A DNA stretch of 44,887 nt from Clostridia bacterium (GTDB lineage: Bacteria; Bacillota; Clostridia; Oscillospirales; CAG-272), in assembly GCA_017501005.1 (NCBI GenBank), contig JAFVXT010000074.1:1-44887 (forward strand). The letters are read 5' to 3'. Each line of letters starts with the position of its first letter. The stretch's first letter is position 1. A program made the position numbers and the translations under genes. Below, piece after piece: positions 1 through 7,990 of this stretch. A model generated the notes under the pieces. That model saw only the letters and a program-made list of their open reading frames with translations. It searched no databases and was not told where the DNA came from.

Positions 1-1457
1 CCGCAAAGAATACCGAACACGCGGTCGCAATCGTAGATGATGAAGACGGCCTTTCCCGTGCTCTTCAAAAAATAAACGTAGTGATTTTTCGCCATGTGGC
101 GCATTTCATCGGGGTTGCCGATGGCAAAGGTTGCCGCCGCAAAATTGATAAAGTAATCGCGGTCGACCACCGCTTCAAACTCCTTCTGCGTCAAGCCGCG
201 CTTGTTCAATACCTTCAAAAGATTCTTAAGCGACTCGTGCGTGGAGGTTTTCTTATTGGTTTTCAAATTGTAATTATAGAAAACGCCGGTGTCCTTGTCT
301 TCAATGCCGTACGTGCAAGCAAGCTCATACGTGCTTCTCTGCCGAAGAGAAGAATCGGTCTTGTAAAGGTCGCCGCCCCAATCCTCCTCGGGGAGATTAC
401 GTTCGATAAAGATCTTATCGATCGGCTCGACCATCTGAAAGAGCCCCATGTGCGTTTCGTTGAAGTCCATGCTGGCAACGTTCGATTGCGGGGCAAGAAC
501 ACCGTAAGAGCGCATCATCTGATATGCGTAATACTCGCGCACGTGCGTGCTGTCGTGATTCATGAACCATTTGAAATCCAGCTCCTCGAGAGTGGCAAAG
601 GTTCTCGACTTGCGCATCGCACGCGCCAGCGTATCTGTCCAGACCTTCGCTTCATCACCGTAATATTCGATCTCGTCAAAGGTTTCGTCAAAACTCAATT
701 TGAAGTGCACCGCATTGATATAGCCGTTCTTGCCGTAGAAATCGCGGCGGGAAATATCGCCCTTCATACGGAATCCGACCTCTTCCACGCGAAATTCTTC
801 GCCGTTGATACGCACGATCAGATCGGCCTTGCGGTAAATGGGGGATTTACTGTCCATTTTCACGGTGTATTTTACATAGTCGGCCTGGATCTTCCAAAGC
901 TCCTCTTCCTCAATGTCAAGGAAAAGCTCGATCTTGTTTTCAATATTGAAAAGTGCATCGTAAAGATCGTATTCGTCGGTTGGCGCCGCCGTCGGCTCGG
1001 TCGGCGTATCGGTCGGCTCCTCGGTTCCCTCGGTCGGCTCGGTCGGGATTTCCGTGGGAGCAAACGAGGTGCCTTCGCTCGCCGCCTCGGTTTGTACCTC
1101 GGTCGGTGCGGTCGAAGCGCTTTCACTCGGCGCTTCGGTCTGTGCTTCGGTGGCTTCGCTCGCACTTGCCGATTCGCTTGGAATTTCTACGGAAGCACTT
1201 TCGCTTGCCTCTTCTGCAGGTGCAGAGGCGACCTCGGATTCGGTTTCTTGCAGTGAAGGTGCTTCTGTCGCTTCCAACGAAAGCCCCTCCGTACCTCCCT
1301 CGGTCGGCGCCGCCGTTTGTTCGTCTGTCGGTTCAGACGAAAGGTCGGTTCCACCCGATTCGGTTGTGGGTGCGAGTGTTTCCTTCGCACCACTTCCGCA
1401 AGAGGCAAAAACGCAGAGAAGAGAAAGGCATAAAAGAATGGAAAATATCTTTTTCAT
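1..1457 (-). CDS. CotH kinase family protein with a lipoprotein-type signal peptide; the 3' end runs off the left edge. It is absent from the ORF track because there is no stop codon in the window.
   Basis: ATG at 1457..1455 is preceded by AAGGAGA. My own reverse-strand translation starts MKKIFSILLCLSLLCVFASCGSG (signal peptide plus Cys). A long acidic T/E/P/A/S-rich linker follows, then CotH-like blocks (REYYAYQMMRSYGVLAPQS, MGLFQMVEPIDKIF, KNHYVYF..FIIYDCDRVFG). I checked the frame at both ends and in the middle, and it stays open to position 3. The 391-aa plus-strand ORF 81..1256 is its antisense shadow. Confidence 0.65.
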   Translation of the reverse strand, partial: MKKIFSILLCLSLLCVFASCGSGAKETLAPTTESGGTDLSSEPTDEQTAAPTEGGTEGLSLEATEAPSLQETESEVASAPAEEASESASVEIPSESASASEATEAQTEAPSESASTAPTEVQTEAASEGTSFAPTEIPTEPTEGTEEPTDTPTEPTAAPTDEYDLYDALFNIENKIELFLDIEEEELWKIQADYVKYTVKMDSKSPIYRKADLIVRINGEEFRVEEVGFRMKGDISRRDFYGKNGYINAVHFKLSFDETFDEIEYYGDEAKVWTDTLARAMRKSRTFATLEELDFKWFMNHDSTHVREYYAYQMMRSYGVLAPQSNVASMDFNETHMGLFQMVEPIDKIFIERNLPEEDWGGDLYKTDSSLRQRSTYELACTYGIEDKDTGVFYNYNLKTNKKTSTHESLKNLLKVLNKRGLTQKEFEAVVDRDYFINFAAATFAIGNPDEMRHMAKNHYVYFLKSTGKAVFIIYDCDRVFGILC

Positions 1458-1981
1458 CGTCTTGATCTCCTTGTGTGTTTAAAATAATAAGGTAAAATCC
1501 GTTTTACAGAACTTGCACGTCCACGTGCCGTTCAAGGTCATCGGCACCTCCCATGCACCTGATACGCCGGATGCGGAATCGAATTGTCCGCCATCTGACG
1601 GTAATCTCCAAGGCCGTAGCCGATGCGGCCGTTGATCAGGCAATCGCTTTGGCATTCTTGAATTTTTACATGCTTTGTTCCATAACGATCACACTCCGAA
1701 AACAGAAGATATAGATCGTTTTTATCATTATATCACATCATACGAAAAAAATCAAGTAGAAAAATGCGCCCCTCGCGCTACCGCGCTATGCAAAAGGATA
1801 TGTATATGGTCGGGGCATGCTTGTGCTGCGTGTATTGCTACACCTTTGTTTTCGCATATACAACAAATTATGATCTTCGTCACAATCGAGTTGGCTCATA
1901 TTCCCCGCAAATCTTTCCGCTAACGAGCAAGAGGAAAAAGACAACAAAATTACGCAAGTAAAAATGACACATAACAGTTTT

Positions 1982-2332
1982 TCATTTTGCGTTCTCCTTT
2001 GCGGTTTTGCAAGATGCGATCAGCATTCGTCTAATGCGACCACAAATATTTCTGTGGTTTTTATCCGTTTCTTCATCAATACTGTTTGTGTTGAATAACA
2101 ATTGCAACCAACCTTCCGCTTCGCTACATTCTTTTAGAGCTATTTCAAATTTTGAAAGCATATCCGCTTTACTCTGTCCGTAATTGGCTTCACGGATATT
2201 TGCATACACACTACTTGAACCGCTTAGTTTGTCAAAACTGCGTTTTGGCAAACTGGCAACCCGCTCTTCATTGTTTAAATATTTAATAGACAACGAAGCG
2301 GTTTGCTGGCAGCTTCTGCGTATTCCTATCAC
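1982..2332 (-). CDS. Four-helix-bundle protein (23S rRNA intervening-sequence protein family), probable GTG start
   Basis: The distal part of ORF 1982..2599 reads ..SSVYANIREANYGQSKADMLSKFEIALKECSEAEGWLQLL.., which is typical of this family. A GTG at 2332 gives about 116 aa, the usual family length. No clear SD precedes it, and the start lies 2 nt past the tRNA terminator hairpin. Confidence 0.5.
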   Translation of the reverse strand: MIGIRRSCQQTASLSIKYLNNEERVASLPKRSFDKLSGSSSVYANIREANYGQSKADMLSKFEIALKECSEAEGWLQLLFNTNSIDEETDKNHRNICGRIRRMLIASCKTAKENAK

Positions 2333-2334
2333 GC

Positions 2335-2379
2335 GTACCAAGCAAAAAAGCACCGCGAGGGTGCTTTTTTGCTTGGTAC
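2335..2379 (-). terminator. Intrinsic terminator of tRNA-Leu, embedded in a 20-bp perfect palindrome
   Basis: GTACCAAGCAAAAAAGCACC (2335..2354), loop GCGAG, GGTGCTTTTTTGCTTGGTAC (2360..2379). On the minus-strand RNA the core is GCACC-CUCGC-GGUGC followed by U6. The outer arms include the tRNA 3' GUACCA. Confidence 0.7.
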
Positions 2380-2458
2380 GGGCGACAGGACTTGAACCTG
2401 CAAGGAGTGATCCACTGGAACCTAAATCCAGCGCGTTTGCCAATTCCGCCACGCCCGC
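2374..2458 (-). tRNA. tRNA-Leu, anticodon UAG, encoded CCA end
   Basis: The reverse complement reads GCGGGCG TG GCGG AATTGGCAAA.. CTGGA TTTAGGT TCCAG, a long variable arm, GCAGGTTCAAGTCCTGT CGCCCGT ACCA. It has a 7-bp acceptor stem, the GGTTCAAGTCC T-arm motif, an anticodon loop with TAG at positions 34-36, and a class II variable arm. Confidence 0.9.
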
Positions 2459-2480
2459 ATATATTTTTTCATCTTGCATT

Positions 2481-2509
2481 ATATTAACACAAAAGAAACG
2501 AAAAGTCAA
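2481..2509 (-). promoter_or_regulatory. Sigma-A type promoter for tRNA-Leu
   Basis: On the minus strand: TTGACT (2509..2504), 17-nt spacer, TAATAT (2486..2481) with TGt just upstream. It lies about 20 nt upstream of the tRNA 5' end. Confidence 0.5.
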
Positions 2510-2613
2510 GGGGCGGAGAGAAATGATCATAAAAACGGCTTTCCCTGCATAAACTCTTTTCCTTTGGTCGAAGATGATAGTGGATTCAATCATTTTCAAT
2601 CAAAGGAGTTATC

Positions 2614-3216
2614 ATGAAAGCTGAAAAGAAAATTTTTACTTATGCTTTGACCTTGCTTTGCGCGACGCTGATTCTGGCAGTCGTGCCCGTATCGGGCGAA
2701 GAGGCGCTTTACGACAACGTCCTGCGCCTGCACGTGATCGCCAATTCGGACAGCGACGAGGACCAGGCGCTCAAGCTGGCGGTGCGCGACGAAATCCTCG
2801 CCGTATACGGCGACCGACTGGCCGACTGCACGTCGAAAGAAGAGGCAGAAGAAAAGGTCTCTCTTCTTGCCGCCGAGATGACCGAAACGGCGCAAAAGGT
2901 GATCTCTGACCGCGGTTACAGCTACGGCGTACGCCTGACCTTAACGCGCGAGGACTATCCGACACGCGTTTACGAGGACGTGACCATGCCTGCGGGCGAA
3001 TACTGCTCCTTGCGGATCATCATCGGCGAGGGGGCGGGAGAAAACTGGTGGTGCGTGCTCTTCCCGCCGATGTGTGTTTCGAACGCCATCGGCGAAGAAG
3101 CTGACGGCTCGATTCCCGTTGGGCTTTCCGCCTCACAGTACAAGCTCATTTCAGGCAACGGCCGTTATGCCGTACGATTCAAAATTCTCGAAATTGTAGA
3201 GGACATTTTTAATTAA
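2614..3216 (+). CDS. spoIIR: Stage II sporulation protein R
   Basis: N-terminal signal/TM segment, then LRLHVIANSDSDEDQALKLAVRDEIL and GAGENWWCVLFPPMC, both hallmark SpoIIR motifs. SD AAAGGAG lies 6 nt upstream of the ATG. Confidence 0.9.
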   Translation: MKAEKKIFTYALTLLCATLILAVVPVSGEEALYDNVLRLHVIANSDSDEDQALKLAVRDEILAVYGDRLADCTSKEEAEEKVSLLAAEMTETAQKVISDRGYSYGVRLTLTREDYPTRVYEDVTMPAGEYCSLRIIIGEGAGENWWCVLFPPMCVSNAIGEEADGSIPVGLSASQYKLISGNGRYAVRFKILEIVEDIFN

Positions 3217-3226
3217 ATAAGAAAGA

Positions 3227-3252
3227 CGGCTCAAGCGTTTCAGCTTGAGCCG
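3227..3252. terminator. Bidirectional hairpin between convergent spoIIR and the PII-like gene
   Basis: CGGCTCAAGC gtttca GCTTGAGCCG. The T-rich tract lies on the minus-strand side (TCTTTCTTATTT). Confidence 0.55.
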
Positions 3253-3268
3253 CCTCGTTTCACGACTG

Positions 3269-3979
3269 TTACTGCTTAGGCAACGGATTTTCCTTGCTCG
3301 GATCGGCATCAAAAAGGCGGAAGCCTGCGGTTGCCGTGACGGGCATGGAAAAGAGAATGGTATGCGCCTTGGATTCGATGCCCGCATCACGCATGACCGC
3401 TTCCATGATGTCTTTTTTCTTATTGACGTGCGTGACGATGAAGATCATTTCCTTTTCTTCGGCAAGTGACACGCCGAGGAAGGTTGCCTCCTCGCCCTTG
3501 CCCGTACCCTTGGCACGAATGACCGTACCGCCGCCGGCACCTGCCGCACGCGCCGCCTCCATCACCTCGTCCGTATATCCCTTTTCGATGATCGCAACGA
3601 TCAATTCATAATTGTTCATACCCTCTGTTTCCTCTCTCTCAAGCAATTTCGGCTCTTCTCCGAGCAGCTGGCGCATGGCACTTTTGCCGCCCATGCTGGT
3701 CAGCGGCACACCGATACCGATGCCGCGGTCGGGCAAGTCGATCTGCATTTCGGTGGTCAGATCGTGAATAATGCCGCGCATTTGTTCGCCCGTCATAACC
3801 GAAAAGATCATACTTTTTTCGGTCTGTTCAATGCCGAGCAGGTCAAGCGTTTTGGAGCGAACAGTACCCGCGCACGGGGTACTGTAGACAAGATTCGCTC
3901 CGTGATGGCCGAAGAATTTCAGAAATTCATCGGTATAAATTCGTTGTGTAATGGTGATAAACAAGCATACGTCTTTCAT
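3269..3979 (-). CDS. Tandem PII-like (P-II family nitrogen-regulator-like) protein
   Basis: There are two repeats of a PII-type fold signature. The second reads YELIVAIIEKGYTDEVMEAARAAGAGGGTVIRAKGTGKGE..EKEMIFIVT. The gene sits directly downstream of the DUF1538 gene, the usual pairing. Confidence 0.7.
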   Translation of the reverse strand: MKDVCLFITITQRIYTDEFLKFFGHHGANLVYSTPCAGTVRSKTLDLLGIEQTEKSMIFSVMTGEQMRGIIHDLTTEMQIDLPDRGIGIGVPLTSMGGKSAMRQLLGEEPKLLEREETEGMNNYELIVAIIEKGYTDEVMEAARAAGAGGGTVIRAKGTGKGEEATFLGVSLAEEKEMIFIVTHVNKKKDIMEAVMRDAGIESKAHTILFSMPVTATAGFRLFDADPSKENPLPKQ

Positions 3980-4010
3980 ACTTTCAGCCTCGTTTCTTTG
4001 GGGAATACCG

Positions 4011-5537
4011 TTAGAAATCGATGATCTCTTCGATTTCGACGCCGACGCTTTCTTCGACTACGGTAGCCTTGCTTGCTTTCACACGGTAGATCACACCGAG
4101 GATCTGCACCGTGATCAAGGGTGTCATGGCAACCATAGCGACAACGCCGAACGCATCTGCCGTGATATTGCCGCCTGTTGCGCGGCAAAGGCCAATGGCA
4201 AGCGGCAAAAGGAAGGATGCCGTCATCGGGCCCGATGCAACGCCGCCCGCGTCAAAGGCAATGGACGTGAAAATCGGCGGCACGAAGAAGGAAAGCCCGA
4301 GCGCGATCACGTAACCCGGGATCGCCAGTGCCATGAAGGGCACACCGAACAGAATCCGCAAAAAGGCAAGTGCCACAGACACGGAAACACCGATCTCAAG
4401 CGACAGGATCAGCATTTTGCCCGAGATTGCGCCCGCCGTGGCATCCTCCACCTGCTTTGCAAGCACATGGACCGCAGGCTCTGCCTTGACAATGAAATAA
4501 CCGAGCAGCATGCCGATCGGCACCGCCAGATATTTAAAGCTTGTGCCAAGCTCCTCACCGAGCATCTGACCCATGGTCAGAAAGCCGACGTTTGCACCCG
4601 TCAGGAAAAGGACAAGGCCGACGTATGTATACCCGACACCGACGGCGATCTTATAAAGGCTTCGCTTTTCAAGGCGTCCCGCAAGCAACTGATAGATAAA
4701 GAAGAAGACGGCAATGGGAGCAAGAGCGCGCGCAATTTCCAACATATAGTGCGGAATTTCGCGAAGATAGACCTGCCCGAGCATGCGGCTGTCGAGAACG
4801 CTTGCCAGATAATCGCCGCTTGACGATTCACCCGCCGCACCGCCGGCGAACAAGGAAAGAATCATGATGGCAAGGATCGGTCCGACAGAACAAAGCGCCA
4901 CAAGACCGAAGCTGTCTCGGTCGGCACCGTCGTCCGAGCGCACCGACGATACACCGACGCCGAGTGCCATGATAAACGGCACGGTCATCGGGCCCGTGGT
5001 CACACCGCCCGAATCAAAGGCGACTGCCAGAAAATCAGGACTGACGTACAAAAGCACCCCTGCCAGCGCAAAAACAAGCGCATAGAGGATCAAGAGCAGG
5101 ATCTGCAGCCGAATACCGAGAAAGATGCGCAAAAGCGCGATGGCGAGAAAAAGACCGACACCGATACCGATCGTCATGATGAGAAGCGTGGAATCGATGG
5201 AGGCAACCTGCGTTGCAAGCACGGAAAGATCGGGCTCCGACACCGTGATGAGAAAGCCGACGAAGAAGGCAATGAGAAGCATGCGGAAAAGCTTACGTCC
5301 CGCCGTGATATGCGCGCCGACGTATTCACCCATCGGCGTCATGGCCGTTTCCGCGCCCAACGTGAAAAGCCCCATGCCGAAGATCAGCATGGCGGCGCCG
5401 AGCAAAAAACAAAGAAGCGCATCATTTGTGACAGGTGTTAAGCTAAAGCACATCAAAAAGACGATGACCGTGACAGGCAATACCGCCGCCACCGACTCCT
5501 TGACCTTCTCCTGAAGAATTGTCCTTGTCTGCTTCAT
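4011..5537 (-). CDS. DUF1538 domain-containing polytopic membrane protein (duplicated domain)
   Basis: Highly hydrophobic, with an internal duplication (..GFLITVSEPDLSVLATQV.. and ..FIVKAEPAVHVLAKQVEDATAGAI..). I chose the start at MKQTRTIL (ATG 5537) behind GGGAGAAG rather than the ORF-track start at 5570. Confidence 0.75.
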   Translation of the reverse strand: MKQTRTILQEKVKESVAAVLPVTVIVFLMCFSLTPVTNDALLCFLLGAAMLIFGMGLFTLGAETAMTPMGEYVGAHITAGRKLFRMLLIAFFVGFLITVSEPDLSVLATQVASIDSTLLIMTIGIGVGLFLAIALLRIFLGIRLQILLLILYALVFALAGVLLYVSPDFLAVAFDSGGVTTGPMTVPFIMALGVGVSSVRSDDGADRDSFGLVALCSVGPILAIMILSLFAGGAAGESSSGDYLASVLDSRMLGQVYLREIPHYMLEIARALAPIAVFFFIYQLLAGRLEKRSLYKIAVGVGYTYVGLVLFLTGANVGFLTMGQMLGEELGTSFKYLAVPIGMLLGYFIVKAEPAVHVLAKQVEDATAGAISGKMLILSLEIGVSVSVALAFLRILFGVPFMALAIPGYVIALGLSFFVPPIFTSIAFDAGGVASGPMTASFLLPLAIGLCRATGGNITADAFGVVAMVAMTPLITVQILGVIYRVKASKATVVEESVGVEIEEIIDF

Positions 5538-5609
5538 ATTCTTCTCCCGAAAATTTGCCGTATCGCACAAAGGCCTACGCTTTCGCGGCCTTTTTTACAT
5601 ATTAATAAT

Positions 5610-5638
5610 ATTATATATGATTTTCCTTGCGGTGTCAA
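5610..5638 (-). promoter_or_regulatory. Consensus sigma-A promoter for the DUF1538/PII operon
   Basis: On the minus strand: TTGACA (5638..5633), 17 nt, TATAAT (5615..5610). It would give a leader of roughly 70 nt containing the hairpin AAAGGCC-gcgaaagcgta-GGCCTTT. Confidence 0.6.
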
Positions 5639-5696
5639 GATTCAATTTTGCTTTTTTACTCCGAACCCTCGCTTTTGAGAATTTTTTTCGCACCTG

Positions 5697-5726
5697 TTGA
5701 CAAAAAATCCACAGATGTGTTATAAT
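5697..5726 (+). promoter_or_regulatory. Sigma-A promoter for ireB-ribF
   Basis: TTGACA (5697..5702), 18 nt, TATAAT (5721..5726) with an extended -10 TGt. Confidence 0.6.
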
Positions 5727-5790
5727 TAGAATGTAAAAGTTTATCAAATGGCAGATACATAAAGTTAGTTTGCCGCCGTGAGGCGGTGGA

Positions 5791-6063
5791 ATGGAGAAAA
5801 AAATGAGCGATTTTTTAAAAGAAACGCAACCCTTTATAAAGCCCGAGGAACGTGAAAATGCCATTCAGTCGGTTCTTTGCGGCGTTTACGACGCATTGCT
5901 TGAAAAGGGCTACAATCCCATCAACCAGCTGGTCGGTTATATCATCACGGAGGATCCGACCTATATCACCAACCACAAAAACGCAAGAAGTCTGATCCGC
6001 AAGGTTGAACGCGACGAAATCCTGGCGTTTCTTCTTCGGAGTTATTTATGCGACAAAAAATAA
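5791..6063 (+). CDS. ireB: IreB family regulatory phosphoprotein (UPF0297)
   Basis: VLCGVYDALLEKGYNPINQLVGYIITEDPTYITNHKNARSLIRKVERDEILAFLLRSYL is the conserved IreB core. An alternative ATG lies at 5803. Confidence 0.85.
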   Translation: MEKKMSDFLKETQPFIKPEERENAIQSVLCGVYDALLEKGYNPINQLVGYIITEDPTYITNHKNARSLIRKVERDEILAFLLRSYLCDKK

Positions 6064-6992
6064 ACCCTTGTATTCACCAGATCACGCTGCGCAAGCCCTC
6101 CCCCGACAAGAAGGGCTCTTGCGTTGCGCTCGGCTTTTTTGACGGAGTCCATATCGGTCACCTCGCCCTGTTTGACGAAGCACGCAAGCACGCCGCCGAA
6201 CAGGGCGCCGTCTTTGCCGTCTTCACGTTCAGAGACTGCGGCGACGGTACCTACAAGGCGGGCGCGCCCCGCTTAACCGAATGGAACGAACGTCTTTCAC
6301 TTCTCCGTGAGGCGGGCGTCGAGCGCGTATACGCGGCGGATTTCGAATCGGTGGCCACACTCTCCCCCGAGGAATTTGTTGAAGAAGTGCTGATCAAGCG
6401 TCTGGACGCCGTTTTTGCCGTTTGCGGCTTCAATTTCCGATTTGGCCACCGCGCGGCGGCCGATTCTTCCGATCTTGACCGTCTCATGCGCGCACACGGA
6501 CGAGGCTGTCACATACTGCCCCCCACCAAGCAAAACGGTGTGACGGTCAGCTCAAGTGCCATTCGCGCGGCCATTGAGAACGGAGAAATTGAGCTTGCCA
6601 ACAGCATGCTCGGCCGTCCTTTTACCATCAATTTCCCGGTCATTCACGGCAAAATGCTCGGCCGCACCATCGGCGTGCCCACCATCAATCAGGCCTTCCC
6701 GTTCGGCTTTGTGGTTCCGCGCCGCGGCGTTTATGCCTGCCGCTGCGATATTGACGGCGAGATCCTCGGCGCCGTTTCAAACGTCGGCGTGCGCCCGACG
6801 GTGGAGCATACCGAATCGGTCAACTGTGAAAGTCACATTCTCGATTTCGACGGTTGGCTGTACGGACGGCGCATCCGCGTTTCCTTTTTGCATTTTCTGC
6901 GTGAGGAGCGACAATTCAATTCGCTTGACGAGCTGATCGCGCAAATTCAAAACGACATCGATTCGGCCAAAAGCCGACTGAATCTTCACTGA
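6048..6992 (+). CDS. ribF: Bifunctional riboflavin kinase / FAD synthetase
   Basis: GFFDGVHIGH nucleotidyltransferase motif, and GRTIGVPTIN plus a riboflavin-kinase C-terminal domain. Overlaps the ireB stop by 16 nt. GGAG lies 6 nt upstream. Confidence 0.9.
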   Translation: MRQKINPCIHQITLRKPSPDKKGSCVALGFFDGVHIGHLALFDEARKHAAEQGAVFAVFTFRDCGDGTYKAGAPRLTEWNERLSLLREAGVERVYAADFESVATLSPEEFVEEVLIKRLDAVFAVCGFNFRFGHRAAADSSDLDRLMRAHGRGCHILPPTKQNGVTVSSSAIRAAIENGEIELANSMLGRPFTINFPVIHGKMLGRTIGVPTINQAFPFGFVVPRRGVYACRCDIDGEILGAVSNVGVRPTVEHTESVNCESHILDFDGWLYGRRIRVSFLHFLREERQFNSLDELIAQIQNDIDSAKSRLNLH

Positions 6993-7047
6993 CTGTAAAA
7001 ACGATCGAACATACAGAAGGAGAGCCGCACAAGCGGCAGATATCAAA

Positions 7048-7974
7048 ATGAGCACAAACATCGAATGGACCAAGGTCACGGCAATCGGCGCGCACGCCTT
7101 GCTTGACGATATGATCGCCGTCATGAGCATGCTGGATAACGGCCTTATGATCGAGGACTACAGCGACATCGAGCTGAACGGCATGTATGGCGAATTGATC
7201 GACGAGAGTATCTTGAACGCCGATAAAGAAACCGTACGCGTTTCTCTTTTCGTACCGTCGGACAAGCCGTTGCCCGATTATCTGCATTTTCTGAAGGAAC
7301 GCTTCACAGCCCTTGCCCTTGATGTCACGATTGAATGCGAAGGCATGCGCGAGGAGGATTGGGCGGAATCGTGGAAGCAATACTATAAGCCGATCAAGCT
7401 CGGCCGCATCTCAATCGTGCCCGCGTGGGAGGATTACACCCCCGACGAAAACGAAGCGGTAATCCGCATGGATCCCGGCATGGCGTTCGGCACGGGCACG
7501 CACGAGACCACGCGTCTTGTCATGGAGCTTTTGCAGGACGAAATCCGCGGCGGCGAGTACGTTCTGGACGTCGGCTGCGGCAGCGGTATTCTTTCGCTTT
7601 GCGCCTCCAAGCTGGGGGCAAAGGCCTGTGCAGCCTACGACATTGATCCCGTGGCTGTGCGCGTCACGCGCGAAAATATTGAAGCCGACGGCGCCGACAA
7701 TATCGTGTGCGGCGTTTCCGACCTTCTGAAGGGCGTTGACCGCACGCACGGCCCTTTTGATTTCGTGGTGGCCAACATCGTTTCGGACATCATTTTGCGC
7801 ATGGCGCCCGACCTTGGCGATTACATCACCGACGGCGCACGCGTGATCCTTTCGGGCATCATCGGCGAACGTGCGGAGGAAATTCGCACGGCCATGACCT
7901 CCCTTTCCTACACGTTCGAGCGCGAGCTGACCGACAATGACTGGTACGCCATGCTCTTCACCTACAAAAAATAA
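7048..7974 (+). CDS. prmA: Ribosomal protein L11 methyltransferase
   Basis: WAESWKQYYKPIKLGRISIVP, IRMDPGMAFGTGTHETT and VLDVGCGSGILS (SAM-binding motif). Confidence 0.9.
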   Translation: MSTNIEWTKVTAIGAHALLDDMIAVMSMLDNGLMIEDYSDIELNGMYGELIDESILNADKETVRVSLFVPSDKPLPDYLHFLKERFTALALDVTIECEGMREEDWAESWKQYYKPIKLGRISIVPAWEDYTPDENEAVIRMDPGMAFGTGTHETTRLVMELLQDEIRGGEYVLDVGCGSGILSLCASKLGAKACAAYDIDPVAVRVTRENIEADGADNIVCGVSDLLKGVDRTHGPFDFVVANIVSDIILRMAPDLGDYITDGARVILSGIIGERAEEIRTAMTSLSYTFERELTDNDWYAMLFTYKK

Positions 7975-7990
7975 AACGGGGATTCAAGTC

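Noticed and set aside
81-1256. 391-aa plus-strand ORF at the left edge
   Set aside because: Its translation is low-complexity and rich in R, G, L and F, with no recognisable motifs. It lies exactly antisense to a reverse-strand frame with clear CotH-family blocks and a signal peptide, so it is an antisense shadow ORF.
1500-1680. GC-richer patch in the AT-rich spacer upstream of the CotH gene, with protein-like but start-less reading frames
   Set aside because: One minus-strand frame reads ..CLINGRIGYGLGDYRQMADNSIPHPAYQV.. but has no start codon or SD, and no motif I can place. It may be a gene remnant, but there is too little evidence to annotate it.
2547-2580. Possible sigma-F promoter for spoIIR
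   Set aside because: TGCATA matches the sigma-F -35 element. At a spacing of 14-15 nt, however, the -10 (GGTCGAAGAT or GTCGAAGATG) fits the GGnnAnAHTR-type consensus poorly.
1982-2599. 205-aa minus-strand ORF taken as one protein
   Set aside because: The ORF reads straight through the tRNA-Leu gene, its promoter and its terminator palindrome. Only the distal roughly 116 codons (1982..2332) look like a real four-helix-bundle protein.
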